A stretch of 64,000 nucleotides of DNA, from contig NZ_CP134949.1 of NCBI RefSeq assembly GCF_032116555.1, forward strand, positions 1,550,001-1,614,000. The letters run 5' to 3'. A program made the translations under genes and the position numbers. This DNA comes from Halorarum halobium. GTDB taxonomy: Archaea; Halobacteriota; Halobacteria; Halobacteriales; Haloferacaceae. Under the pieces are notes generated by a model. It was not told where the DNA came from and did not search any database. It saw only the letters and a program-made list of their open reading frames with translations. The number at the start of each line of letters is the position of its first letter. Within the stretch, counting starts at the first letter, position 1. Positions 10,740 through 20,869 of this stretch are shown here, piece after piece.

Positions 10740-11579
10740 TCACGCCGCGAGCGCCACGTCCAGATACAACATCACCACGACCCCGAGCATCGTCCCCAGC
10801 GTCGCCAGCCGCTCGTTGCCGCGCGCGTGCGTCTCCGGCAGGATCTCGTCCGAGATGACGAACAGCATCCCGCCCGCCGCAAACCCCATCGCGTACGGGA
10901 GGATGGGCATCGCTATCGTCACTGCGACCGCGCCGACGACGACCAGCGGAATCTCGACGAGTCCGGACCTGATGCCGGTCAGGACCGCGTACGCCCGCCG
11001 GTCGAAGCCGGCGTTGACCGCCGCCACCGAGACGGCGAACCCCTCCGGGACGTTCTGGATGCCGATGGCGAGCATCAGCGCGATCGCGTTGGCGACGTCG
11101 CCCGACCCGAACCCGACGCCGACGGCCAGTCCCTCCGGCATGTTGTGAATCGTGATGGCGACGATGAAGAGGATGACCGAGGCGACCCCCGAGTCCGTGA
11201 CGGTCTGGTCGGTCCGTCGTCGGCCGGTGATGAGGACGTGGACGTGGGGAACCCAGTGGTCAGCCTGGTCCAGCACGAACACGCCGAGGAGGATTCCGAC
11301 CAGCACCGGAGCCGGCGTGAGGAGCCCCGTCGCGGGGACGCCGGGGACGATGACCTCCGTCGCGTCGATGCCGGGGACGATGAGGCTGGTGAACGACGCT
11401 GCGAGCATGACGCCGGCGGCGAAGCCGAGCGCGCCGTCGAGCGCGCGCTCGCTCGGATCCCGGTAGACGAGCACCAGCGACGCGCCGACGAGGTTGAGCC
11501 CCGCGATGACGAGCCCGCCGACTATCGCCTGCAACAGCGGGTTCGACCCGACGAGGTCGACGAACAGCTGATCGACCAT
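10740..11579 (-). CDS. ZIP (GufA/ZupT) metal transporter
   Basis: FAAGVML, HNMPEG, IQNVPEG signature motifs; multiple TM segments. Confidence 0.93.
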   Translation of the reverse strand: MVDQLFVDLVGSNPLLQAIVGGLVIAGLNLVGASLVLVYRDPSERALDGALGFAAGVMLAASFTSLIVPGIDATEVIVPGVPATGLLTPAPVLVGILLGVFVLDQADHWVPHVHVLITGRRRTDQTVTDSGVASVILFIVAITIHNMPEGLAVGVGFGSGDVANAIALMLAIGIQNVPEGFAVSVAAVNAGFDRRAYAVLTGIRSGLVEIPLVVVGAVAVTIAMPILPYAMGFAAGGMLFVISDEILPETHARGNERLATLGTMLGVVVMLYLDVALAA

Positions 11580-11698
11580 ACGAACGTCGTGTCCGCGAGC
11601 GTCTCAAAGATACCGCCCGGATCGTCCGTGGCCTCCGTGGGGTCCCTGACGTCCGGGCCCCTCCGGGTCCGCTTTGCGTCCCGATCCGACTCGGGTCC

Positions 11699-12895
11699 TC
11701 AGTTCCGGGTGCCGTCGGCCGGGCGGGAGACGCTCGCCGCCTCGTCGCGTCTCCCGACGCGGAAGCCGTCGGTCTCCTCGCGCCCGGTGAGTTCCCGCTG
11801 CGGGAACGGGATCTTGACGCCGGCTTCCTCGAGCGCGGCCTTCACGTCCCGCACGACCGTCGCGGTCGTCAGGGCGCGGCGGGGCGCGCTCGGGTTCTCG
11901 ATCCAGTACCGGCACTCGAGGACGACCGCCGAGTCGTCGAACGACTTGGGCACGACCTGTGGCCCCGGGTTCTCGAGGACGCCGTCGGCCTCGACCAGGG
12001 CTCCGGTGATGGTGGCCTCGGCGGTCTCGAGGTCGGCGTCGTAGTCGACGCCGACGTCCACCGAGAGCCGCAGTTGCCCGATGCGGCTCCGGTTCGTGAT
12101 CGTCGCGTTCGCTACCCGTTCGTTCGGCACGACGACGGTTTCTCCCGACGCGTTCCGGAGCCTCGTGTTGATGACGGTGATGTCGGTGACGATCCCCTCC
12201 TCGCCGTCGAGTTCGATCCAGTCGCCCAGTTCGAACGGGCGGGAGAACATGAGGACGAACCCCGCGATGAGCGAGCCGATGGTCGACCGCGCGGCGGTCC
12301 CCACGACGATGCCGAGAAAGCCCGCACCGACGAGGAGCCCGCTGAGGTTCACGCCCCAGAGCGTGAGCGTGGCGACGCCGGCCGCCGCGAGCACCGAGAG
12401 CTGGAGCACCCGGAAGACGATCCCCTGCTGGTGACGGTTGATGTTGTCCGACTCCGCCGCGTAGGCGTCCAGTCGCGCCTCCAGCACGTCGATGCCGACG
12501 AGCGCGGCCGCGACGAGCCCGACGGTCACGAGCACGTTGGCCAGCACGGGAACGGTCATCTCCATCCCGGACACGGCAAGCAGCGCGAGTTCGAGCCGTC
12601 CCCAGGCGACGAGCGTCGCAAGCGCGACCGCGAGCAACACCGCCAGCTGCAGGGTCCGGACGACGAGCGTGATCGGGACGAGCCAGTCCAGTTCCGCTAG
12701 TTCGCCGGGGATCAGGTCGTCGTCGACGAGTCGCCGACGGACGATCCGCTGGACGGTCCTGACGATCCGGGGGGTGAGCACGACGGCCGTCACGGCGGCG
12801 GCCGTCACCAGCACCACGGTCGCGGCGACCCGCGCCTCCGTGGTGACGAACCCCTATAGCGTCCGACGAACGCCCTGGAGCAACGGAGGCGACAT
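11699..12895 (-). CDS. mscS: MscS mechanosensitive channel; likely start 12895 interrupted by in-frame TAG at 12854-12856 (otherwise GTG start at 12817)
   Basis: RPFELGDWI, VVVPN, IPFPQR motifs; upstream ATG is in frame but codon 14 is TAG. Confidence 0.85.
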
Positions 12896-12974
12896 ACGTC
12901 CGTCGAGTGATAAGATCGGCAAAAGGGTTCCGGCCTGGTCCGAGTGGTCCGATTCGCCGGGGCTCCGGCGGGAT

Positions 12975-14753
12975 TCAGAGCCGCCGGCTGACGAACGGCC
13001 CGTCCTGGTAGTAGCCGAGCTTGTCGCGGTAGTAGCCTCGGACGCCGAGCCCCGAGATGATCGAGAGCTTCCCGAAGCCCGCGTCCGCGGCCAGATCCTC
13101 CGCCGTCCTGACGAGCCGCCGGCCGTAGCCGCGGTGCTGCCAGTCGCCGTCGGCTCCGGGACCGTCGCGCCCGTCGGCCCCGCTGCCGGCAGCGTCGCTT
13201 CGGCCGGCGTCGCTCCCGTCCGAGTCGAACGTCGCTGGCGAGCCGTAGACGTGGAGTTCGCGGACGAGCGCGGCGTCGGCGAGTTCCCGGCGAACCGGGT
13301 CGCCGTCGGCGTCGGGCCCGGCACCCGGCGCGGCGTGGGAGTAGGAGGGGAACCGGAGGCGACAGAAGCCGACGAGCAGGTCCTTCTCGACGTCCTCGAA
13401 CGAGACGAACTGCTCTATTCCCCCGCCCGACTCGTACTCCAGCACGTCGAGTTCGACGTCCGAAGGGTCCGGGTCGGCGTCGTTGTGCCCGACCTCGCGG
13501 GCGCGGATGTCGCGGAGGTCGTACCCCTTCTCCGCGGCGCGCTGTTCGGCGAGTTGACGGAGGTTCGACTTCCAGACGCCCGCGTCGATGAAGTCCGCGG
13601 GGATGTCGCGCTGGACGCGCTGGAGCCGACAGTACTTCGGGATCTCGTTCATGGCGTCGGCGACGAGGTCCGCGGCCTGCTCGTTGTCCAGCGGGTCGAA
13701 GTCGTCGCGGCGCCACTGGTCGTACACGCGGGTCCCGCGGACGACGAGCGTCGGGTAGATCTTCAGGTAGTCGGGCCGCCAGTCCGGGTTCTCGAACAGC
13801 TGTCGGAAGTCCTCCCGGCACATCTCGGCGGTCATCCCCGGCTGGCCGGGCATCATGTGGAAGCCGACCTTGAACGCCGCGTCGCGCAGGCGGCGGTTCG
13901 CGTCGATCGACGCCCGGTTGCCGTGTCCGCGATGCATCTCGCGGTTCACCCGCTCGTAGGTCGTCTGGACGCCGACCTCCACCTTCGTCCCGCCGAGGTT
14001 CAACATCCGGTCGATCTGCTCTGGGTCACACCAGTCCGGCTTCGTCTCGAACGTGATGCCGATACAGCGCACGTCGGTCGACTCGTTGCGGGCCTTCACG
14101 TCCTCCAGGTACTCGAAGTCGTACTCGGAGGGGGCCTGGGCGAACGACTCCCCCTCCGCCGGGTTCGGCTCCGCGTCGACGTCGTACTCGTTCATCGCCT
14201 GAAGCGCCCGCTTCACGAACCACTCCTGGTAGTCGTGGCTGCGGGCCGTCATCGTCCCGCCCATCAGGATGAGTTCGGCCTTCCCGACCGGATGGCCGAT
14301 GTGGCGGAGCTGTTCGAGCCGCAGGGTCACCTGGCCGTACGGATCGTAGTCGTTCTGCTTGCCCCGGGCCGCGGCCGGTTCGTGGCCCGTGTAGCTCTGT
14401 GAACTGGAGAACTCGGAGGCGGGTCCGCCGGGACAGTAGAGACACTTCCCGTGCGGGCACATGTGGGGCGACGTCATGATGGCGACCGGCGAGACGCCGG
14501 AGGCCGTCCGGACCGGCTTGCGTCTGACGACCTCCTTCACCTCGTCGCGCCGCCCCTCCGGTGCGAATCCCAGGATGTCGGTGTTCTTGGGCACCGTCGA
14601 CGCGGAGAACTCCGAGCACGCCTGGAGCTTCGCGGATTCGAGGCCGTCGCGGTCGAGGTCCCCGTCGAGGATTCGCGAGACCAGCGACTCGCAGACGCGA
14701 CGGAACGCCTCGGAGCGCTCCTCGGTCTCCTCGGCCGTGCCGGTGCCGCTCAT
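12975..14753 (-). CDS. elp3: tRNA U34 acetyltransferase Elp3 (radical SAM plus GNAT)
   Basis: RTASGVSPVA, CPHGKCLYCPGG, LKIYPTLV, RELHVYG, QHRGYG. Confidence 0.96.
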   Translation of the reverse strand: MSGTGTAEETEERSEAFRRVCESLVSRILDGDLDRDGLESAKLQACSEFSASTVPKNTDILGFAPEGRRDEVKEVVRRKPVRTASGVSPVAIMTSPHMCPHGKCLYCPGGPASEFSSSQSYTGHEPAAARGKQNDYDPYGQVTLRLEQLRHIGHPVGKAELILMGGTMTARSHDYQEWFVKRALQAMNEYDVDAEPNPAEGESFAQAPSEYDFEYLEDVKARNESTDVRCIGITFETKPDWCDPEQIDRMLNLGGTKVEVGVQTTYERVNREMHRGHGNRASIDANRRLRDAAFKVGFHMMPGQPGMTAEMCREDFRQLFENPDWRPDYLKIYPTLVVRGTRVYDQWRRDDFDPLDNEQAADLVADAMNEIPKYCRLQRVQRDIPADFIDAGVWKSNLRQLAEQRAAEKGYDLRDIRAREVGHNDADPDPSDVELDVLEYESGGGIEQFVSFEDVEKDLLVGFCRLRFPSYSHAAPGAGPDADGDPVRRELADAALVRELHVYGSPATFDSDGSDAGRSDAAGSGADGRDGPGADGDWQHRGYGRRLVRTAEDLAADAGFGKLSIISGLGVRGYYRDKLGYYQDGPFVSRRL

Positions 14754-14846
14754 TGCCGGTGAGTCCGCGCGTTTCTCGGGTAAGGGTTTCGTTCGGGCGG
14801 GTCGGCCACCGACGGCGTCCGACTCCGTGGCACCCGGCGCGCCCGA

Positions 14847-16391
14847 CTACTCTTCGGGGTCGGTGGACACCGTCTCGACGCCGCGGAACTCGAAGCGGGC
14901 ACCCCCCGCGGCTGACTCGCTCGCCTCCACCGTCCAGCCGTGCGCCTCGGCGACGCGCTCGACGATGGCGAGTCCGAGTCCCGTCCCGCCCGGGACGGAG
15001 GTGTAGCCCGTCTCGAACACGTCCTCGCGCTCGTCGGTCGGGATCCCGTCGCCGTCGTCGGCGACGTAGAACCCGTCGGCGTCGGGGATGGGGCCGACCC
15101 GGATCGTCGGGTTCGGCGTGGCGTGCTCGCTCGCGTTGCGGAGCAGGTTCTCGAGCACCTGCCGGGCCCGGTTCGGGTCCGCCCGGATCGTCACCGTCCC
15201 CTCGACTACGAGCGAGCCGTCCATGGAGACGGTCCCCCACGCCTGCTGGGCGGCAGTTTCGAGGTCGATCGGGCTCGGGTCGGTGACGGCCCGCCCGTTC
15301 CGCGCCAGCGTGAGGAGATCCTCGATGAGCGACTCCATCCGGTCGTGGGCGGTCGAGATCCGGCCGATCCGCTCGTCGTCGACGTCCTCGGCCAGCAGTT
15401 CGAGGAAGCCGGACGCGGTGTTGAGCGGGTTGCGCAGGTCGTGGCTCACGATCGAGGCGAACTCCTCGAGCCGTTCGTTCTGCCTGCGGAGGTCGCGTTC
15501 GCGCTCGTGTCGCTCGGTGACGTCGCGCGCGACGAGGACGGCCGCGGTGCGGCGGCCCTCCACGCTCGACAGCGGCGCGACACGGCCCTCGTAGTGAACC
15601 TGGCCGGTCGGGCGCTCGGTCGAGTACTCGACCCGCTGTACCTCTCCGGTGCCGGTCGCGGTGCTGATCGCCGAGACGATGCTGTCGGCCGCTTCCCCCG
15701 CCAGCACGTCGCGCACGTTCCGACCGACGAGTTCGTCCTTGGCGTGGAGTTCGATGGTCCGGATCCCGAGCAGCACGTCGAGATACGTGCCGTCGACGTC
15801 GAGGATGTAGGCGTAGTCCGGGAAGGCGTGTGAGAGGGCGTCGAGGAGCTCCTCCTCGGAGACGTCGGGGCGCACGTCGGCGGTCGCGGCCCGACGGAGG
15901 GTCCCGCCCTCGACGTCGCCGAGCGCGCTCTCCGCGTGGCCGACGAGCATGGAGAGCCCGGCCGCCGTCTCCGCGTCGATCCCGTTCGTGGCAGTGGTGA
16001 GGACGAGCACCGCCCCGTCCCCGTTGAGCGGGGTGACACAGTACGCAGTCGCGTCGCCGAAGGCGTCCTCGGGCACGCGGTCGCGGCACGTTTCCCCGGA
16101 GTCGGCGGCGGCGGCGACGGGGGAGTGCTCGCCCGAGAGCACCTCGGGGAGCCTGACGGCGTCGCCCTCCGCGCTCCGCACCGCGGCGCGGTAGCGGTCG
16201 CCCTCGCGTCGAAAGACGCCGACCGCGTCAGCGTCGAACTGGTCGCGGACGATGTGGGCGAGCTCCTCGCGGACGGCGCGGGCGGTCTGACAGCCTTCGA
16301 GCGCCGTCGCCCGCTCGCGGAGCCTGTCGAACGCGGCGCCGGCGCTCGCCGCCCGGCCGCCGTCGCGCTCACCCTGACCCGTGTCGTCCAT
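14847..16391 (-). CDS. GAF/PAS sensor histidine kinase
   Basis: H-box SHDLRNPL, N-box ENLLRNA, DDGDGIP, GTGLGL; PAS region upstream. Confidence 0.92.
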   Translation of the reverse strand: MDDTGQGERDGGRAASAGAAFDRLRERATALEGCQTARAVREELAHIVRDQFDADAVGVFRREGDRYRAAVRSAEGDAVRLPEVLSGEHSPVAAAADSGETCRDRVPEDAFGDATAYCVTPLNGDGAVLVLTTATNGIDAETAAGLSMLVGHAESALGDVEGGTLRRAATADVRPDVSEEELLDALSHAFPDYAYILDVDGTYLDVLLGIRTIELHAKDELVGRNVRDVLAGEAADSIVSAISTATGTGEVQRVEYSTERPTGQVHYEGRVAPLSSVEGRRTAAVLVARDVTERHERERDLRRQNERLEEFASIVSHDLRNPLNTASGFLELLAEDVDDERIGRISTAHDRMESLIEDLLTLARNGRAVTDPSPIDLETAAQQAWGTVSMDGSLVVEGTVTIRADPNRARQVLENLLRNASEHATPNPTIRVGPIPDADGFYVADDGDGIPTDEREDVFETGYTSVPGGTGLGLAIVERVAEAHGWTVEASESAAGGARFEFRGVETVSTDPEE

Positions 16392-16501
16392 TGTCGCGGC
16401 TACTCGTTACTTTGCCACGTGTGTCGTGCTGACAAATACTTTCCTAATGACACCTCTCTCGAGCTTCCGATCGGCCCCCAGGAAAACGGTTCGAGGCGCA
16501 G

Positions 16502-18730
16502 TTACGCGATCTGGCCGGCGATCGCGTCGACGACCGCGTCGACCACGGCCTCGCGTCGCCCGGAGAGGAACTCGATCCGCCCCTCGCGGACGCCGACCGC
16601 GGTGACGCCGGCGTCGGTCACCTCGTCAGCGACGGCGGCGGCGACGTCGCGCACGTCCAGGTCGCGGGTCGCGCGGACGAACAGTTCGTCCGTGCCGTAC
16701 ACGAGCGTCACGGGAGCCTCCTCGCGCTCCCGGCGGTGGAGTTCGTCCGCGAGGAGGCTGGTCGGCGGGAAGTCGTAGCGGTGCGCGTAGGCGTCGGCGT
16801 CGAGCACAGTGAACGCGACGCCGTCGGGGTCGCGGGACTCGACGTTGGCGCGCGCGGTGTCGATCTCCGTCCCGAGCTTCTCGCGGAACTGGCCGGAGAT
16901 GTGGCCGGCCAGGTCGCCGTCGTCCTCGCCGAACAGGATGTCCGTGATGAGTTCGCGCTTGTCCTGGTAGCTCTGGTAGAACGCCTCCAGCGCGATGGCC
17001 TCGCGCAGCTCCGTGACGCGCTCGTCGTCGAAGCCGGTTTCGGCCGCCAGATCGACGTACGCGTCGGGCGTGTCCTCCCAGTAGCTGACCGCCGGGAGGT
17101 GTGCGAGGTCCTCACGGACGTCGCCGTTGACCGTCGCGCCGAGCGTCGCCGCCAGCGCGCCCGTGGAGAGTTCGGCGGCGTCCACGCCCGCGAGTTCCGG
17201 GTTCGCGACGGTCTCGACGGACTCGGTGATCTCCGGGTCGGCGGCGGCGGCGTCGACGACGGCCCGCTCGGCGCCGTAGATGCCGAGCAGGTTGAGGCCG
17301 TCGGCGGACTCGACCGTCGAGCCGGTGCCCAGAAGCAGCACGAGCGGCAGCTTCTCGTCGTGTCGGTCGCGGTCCTGGAGCATCCGCGTCGCGTCCTTCG
17401 TCGCGGCGTCCATGTCGTACACCGGTTCGTCGAGCGGGCGGCGGGTGAAGTAGTGGTACTGCGCGTCGCTGGCGGCGTGCTCCTCGCGGATGAGCGGGAG
17501 GACGGCGCGCTCGATGGCCGAGCCGGCGACGTAGCCGTCCGCGGTGGCCGCGTGGCGCACGACGACCGGGCGGGACTCGAGCACGGAGCGCCGGATCGCT
17601 TCCGCGATGTCGAGCAGGTCGTCGGCCATCGCGTCGATCGCGTCGTGCTCCGCGAGCACGTCCACCGACTCGGGGCGGGCCTCGGCGGTCAGCGCGTCCG
17701 AGAGCCGCTGGCGGACCGTCTCGGCCTCCTCGCCCTCCAGCGCGGCGAGCGCCTCGGTCTCCACCTGGATCTCGTTGCGGCGGCGTTCGATCTCGCCGTC
17801 GAGGCGGACGACGTCGCCGACCTCGACCGACGGGTACGCGCGGACGCCGGCCTCGATGAACGCTGCACAGTCGACGACGCCGGTCTCGTCGCGGAGTTCG
17901 AAGACGGTCGGCCCGCCGGTCTGTCGCGCGCCGACGACCTCGCCCTCGATCCGGACCTGCTGCCCGACGCGGTCGGCGAGCGAGCCGATCTCGACGCGTT
18001 CGAGGTCCCCGTCGGGCTCGGACCCGGACTCGGGCTCCTCGGAGTCCGTGTCCGGCGTCGAGTGGGCCGGAGCGGAACCAGTGGAATCGTCCGTGGCTGC
18101 GTCGGTGGAGTCGGTGGTGTCGTCCACGGGAGCGTCCGTCGAATCGTCCGCGGCGTCGGCTGATTCGGACGCGGCCGTGGCCCCACCAGTGTCGGTCGAT
18201 CCCGACGACCCGTCGGTCTTCGGTTGTTCCGTCCCGCTACGCCCGTTTCCCGAGTCGTCCTCGGTCTCCCGGCTCCCGTCGCGGTCCGACGTCGAGGTCG
18301 GCGTGTGCGACACCGGACCCGGACCGCCGTCGTCGTCGTCCTGGTCCGACTCGTCGGCGTCCAGCTCCTCGGTGCCGTCCTGGACGAGCGCTCCGCGGAA
18401 GTCGCGGTCGGACTGGCGGATCGACCACGCGAGGTCGACGTCGCCGTTGTCGCGGACGTTCTTCACCTGAACGTAGACGCTGTCGCCGGGTTCGAGATCG
18501 AGCGACTCGAGCCGCTGGTCGAGCTCGGACCGGTGGAGCAGCCCCGTCACGTTCGAGGAGAGGTCGACGAACAGGCCGAAGTCGGCGTAGCCGTCGACCG
18601 TCCCGCCGTAGAAGCGGTTCGGGACCAGCTGGTTCGGATCGTTACCTCGGAACTCGAAGACGACGTCTTCCTGGTGGGAATCACAGATCCGCCCGTCCAC
18701 GGGCGTACCACAGATGATACAGGTACCCAT
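16502..18730 (-). CDS. RecJ-like S1/OB-fold DHH-family protein, catalytically degenerate (RecJ4-like)
   Basis: N-terminal CxxC, S1, acidic linker, OB (QTGGPTVF); DHH motifs altered (RHAATADG, VDAAA). Confidence 0.85.
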   Translation of the reverse strand: MGTCIICGTPVDGRICDSHQEDVVFEFRGNDPNQLVPNRFYGGTVDGYADFGLFVDLSSNVTGLLHRSELDQRLESLDLEPGDSVYVQVKNVRDNGDVDLAWSIRQSDRDFRGALVQDGTEELDADESDQDDDDGGPGPVSHTPTSTSDRDGSRETEDDSGNGRSGTEQPKTDGSSGSTDTGGATAASESADAADDSTDAPVDDTTDSTDAATDDSTGSAPAHSTPDTDSEEPESGSEPDGDLERVEIGSLADRVGQQVRIEGEVVGARQTGGPTVFELRDETGVVDCAAFIEAGVRAYPSVEVGDVVRLDGEIERRRNEIQVETEALAALEGEEAETVRQRLSDALTAEARPESVDVLAEHDAIDAMADDLLDIAEAIRRSVLESRPVVVRHAATADGYVAGSAIERAVLPLIREEHAASDAQYHYFTRRPLDEPVYDMDAATKDATRMLQDRDRHDEKLPLVLLLGTGSTVESADGLNLLGIYGAERAVVDAAAADPEITESVETVANPELAGVDAAELSTGALAATLGATVNGDVREDLAHLPAVSYWEDTPDAYVDLAAETGFDDERVTELREAIALEAFYQSYQDKRELITDILFGEDDGDLAGHISGQFREKLGTEIDTARANVESRDPDGVAFTVLDADAYAHRYDFPPTSLLADELHRREREEAPVTLVYGTDELFVRATRDLDVRDVAAAVADEVTDAGVTAVGVREGRIEFLSGRREAVVDAVVDAIAGQIA

Positions 18731-18806
18731 TTGTGCGAACGGTAGGTCCCCTGCTTAAAACGGTTGTCGAAACGAGGATGAGAGCGCTCGCCCGAACCGG
18801 TCCCGG

Positions 18807-19442
18807 TCAGACCGGCGCGAGCCGTCCGAGCAGCGCCGTCGCGGCGGCGACGCCGCGGAATCCGAACCCGAACAGGAGCGTCGCGGGCACCAGCCCCGCG
18901 GCGAGGGCCCGGGGCGCGGACGTGTCGTGGACGGTCCGGATGCCGACGACGAGCAGTATCGTCCCGTAGAGCGCACACAGGAACCTGAGCTCGGGAACTG
19001 CGGGGCCCGCGAGCGCGCACGGGGCCGCCGCGTACGCGATGACCTGAACCGACTCGCTCACGCCGCCGCGGTCACGGACGAACAGCAGCAGGAGCACCGT
19101 CTGCAGCGCGGCGACGAGGTGGAGCACGGCGGGTGCGATCAGCAGCGCGGTGGCGAGCACGGCGAGCAGCGCCGGCGCGAGCTGGCCGCCGAGCAGCGTC
19201 GGCGCCGGACCCGGCCGGTAGCCGAACAGTTCACCGTAGGCGAGCCGGGCGTGGAGGAAGCGCCCGCCGACGAACGCGACGGCGACACAGACGCCGAACA
19301 CGAGTCCGGGTGCCTGATCGCCCGGCGAGACGCCGGTCCTGAAAAAGCGGGTCGGGCGGGCGAGGACCTCGACCCACGCGCGGGCGAGTCCCCGCGGCCC
19401 GCGCGCCCGTCCCCCAGCCGGGTTCTCGACCCACGTCGTCAC
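18807..19442 (-). CDS. YIP1-family membrane protein
   Basis: GTG start; EVLARPTRFF, SESVQVIAYAAAP motifs; hydrophobic segments. Confidence 0.75.
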   Translation of the reverse strand: MTTWVENPAGGRARGPRGLARAWVEVLARPTRFFRTGVSPGDQAPGLVFGVCVAVAFVGGRFLHARLAYGELFGYRPGPAPTLLGGQLAPALLAVLATALLIAPAVLHLVAALQTVLLLLFVRDRGGVSESVQVIAYAAAPCALAGPAVPELRFLCALYGTILLVVGIRTVHDTSAPRALAAGLVPATLLFGFGFRGVAAATALLGRLAPV

Positions 19443-19486
19443 AGTCGGACCTCGCGGGCGCGGGCCATGACGGTTGCGATGCGCGA

Positions 19487-20074
19487 TCAGCCCTGCCGGA
19501 GCGTGTGGCAGTTCCGGCAGCGCGCCTCGTAGCTCTCCTCGGCCCCGACGAAGATGGTCGGGTCGTCGACGTGGGCCGGTTCGCCCTCGATGAGCCGCTG
19601 ATTCCGGGACGCGGGCTCGCCACAGACCGAGCAGATGGCCTGGAGCTTGTCGACGTACTCGGCGACGGCCATCAGTTCGGGCAGGGGGTGGAACGGCTCG
19701 CCGCGGAACGTCTGGTCGGTGCCGGAGACGATGACCCGGCGGTCGTCCTCCGCGAGCGCCTGGCAGACCTCGACGAGTTCGCCCGAGAAGAAGTTCGCCT
19801 CGTCGATGGCGACGACCTTCTCGCCGTTCAGATCCTCGAGCATCTCCCAGGGGCCGTCGTCCTCGTTCTCGACGACGGTCGCCTCCCAGGCGCGGCCGTT
19901 GTGCGTCCCGATGGTCGTCTCGCCGTAGCGGTCGTCCATCGCCGGCGTGAACACGGCGACGTCCTGGCCCGCGATCTCGGCCCGGCGGAGCCGACGGAGG
20001 AGCTCCTCGGTCTTCCCGGAGAACATCGACCCCGAGATGACCTCGATCCACCCCGAGCCCGTGATGGCGTGCAT
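19487..20074 (-). CDS. tdk: Thymidine kinase
   Basis: GSMFSGKT P-loop, IDEANF, DQTFRGEPF, CSVC...CRNC Zn site. Confidence 0.96.
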   Translation of the reverse strand: MHAITGSGWIEVISGSMFSGKTEELLRRLRRAEIAGQDVAVFTPAMDDRYGETTIGTHNGRAWEATVVENEDDGPWEMLEDLNGEKVVAIDEANFFSGELVEVCQALAEDDRRVIVSGTDQTFRGEPFHPLPELMAVAEYVDKLQAICSVCGEPASRNQRLIEGEPAHVDDPTIFVGAEESYEARCRNCHTLRQG

Positions 20075-20179
20075 GTTCATCCGGGCAGTAGCCGGGGTGA
20101 AAACGGTTGCTCTCTGGTCGCCACTGCTCGGAGTACGTCCCCGGCCAGAACCTGAATGCGAGGGCCTAGACCGCCGAAT

Positions 20180-20441
20180 GGCGCGCGGCTGGCGGATCTC
20201 CGTGTCCGCCGCCGGCGCGCGAGGGATGAGTGAGGGGAGCGACCGGAGGGAGCGAGCCGAGCGAATCGGCTGGGGAGGTGTGTGGCCGAGCTGTACGGGC
20301 GAGGTGGGTGGGTGGGACTGAAAGGGGCCGCCGTTCTCGGGGACGGCGCGGACCGAGAAGCACCGCAGGAACGAGGGCGAAGGCCGAGTGACGAGGAGCG
20401 CAGCGGCCGCACCGAGTCGAGAACGGCGGGGGCTTTCGAGG
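20180..20441 (-). repeat. Dispersed palindromic intergenic element, copy 2 (longer form)
   Basis: Reverse complement reads CCTCGAAAGCCCCCG...CCCCTTTCAGTCCCACCC...CCTCCCCAGCC...GCTCCCTCCGGTCGC; 12-bp stem 20328-20339/20418-20429. Confidence 0.8.
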
Positions 20442-20644
20442 CAGTCGAACCGACGATCGAAACAGTACTGACTGCGACGGACCGGGAGTCGAGAACGGCG
20501 AGGGCTGTCGAGCTGTTCGAAACCGTCCTGCCGACCCGCTCGACTGAGCGACCGCTCCGAAATGATTGCGTCCGAAAGGATTGTGCGTGGGTGCTGTCCG
20601 TAGGGCGACCCCGAAGGGTCGCACAGCACCTGCATCCGAGTGGA

Positions 20645-20729
20645 TGCGTGGGACCGGATTTGAACCGGCGGACCTCTACAGGACAGCGCCCTCAACGCTG
20701 CGCCGTTGGCCTGGCTTGGCTACCCACGC
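20645..20729 (-). tRNA. tRNA-Leu (anticodon GAG)
   Basis: GCGTGGG acceptor stem, CAGCG-TTGAGGG-CGCTG anticodon arm, long variable arm, GGTTCAAATCC T-arm; CCA not encoded. Confidence 0.96.
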
Positions 20730-20869
20730 ATCGTGCGTCAATGCGCAGTCGTTCGTTTCCCCGAGAGGGATAAAGGGCTTTCCATCCGTCCAGTCCCCGT
20801 CACCCAACCGCATGCGGGCTCGGTACCGCGAGGCCAACTGCTTTGTCCCCGCCGCCCCTGGTCACGAGC

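Noticed and set aside
20584..20652. 8-bp repeat of the tRNA-Leu 3' end as a possible att site
   Set aside because: Too short, and no integrase or island is adjacent.
20075..20695. N-terminal extensions of tdk, and likewise priS (24945), eIF-2B-like (31886) and the aldo/keto reductase (38276)
   Set aside because: These frames run through tRNA, repeat elements or antisense genes; family homology starts at the downstream ATGs.
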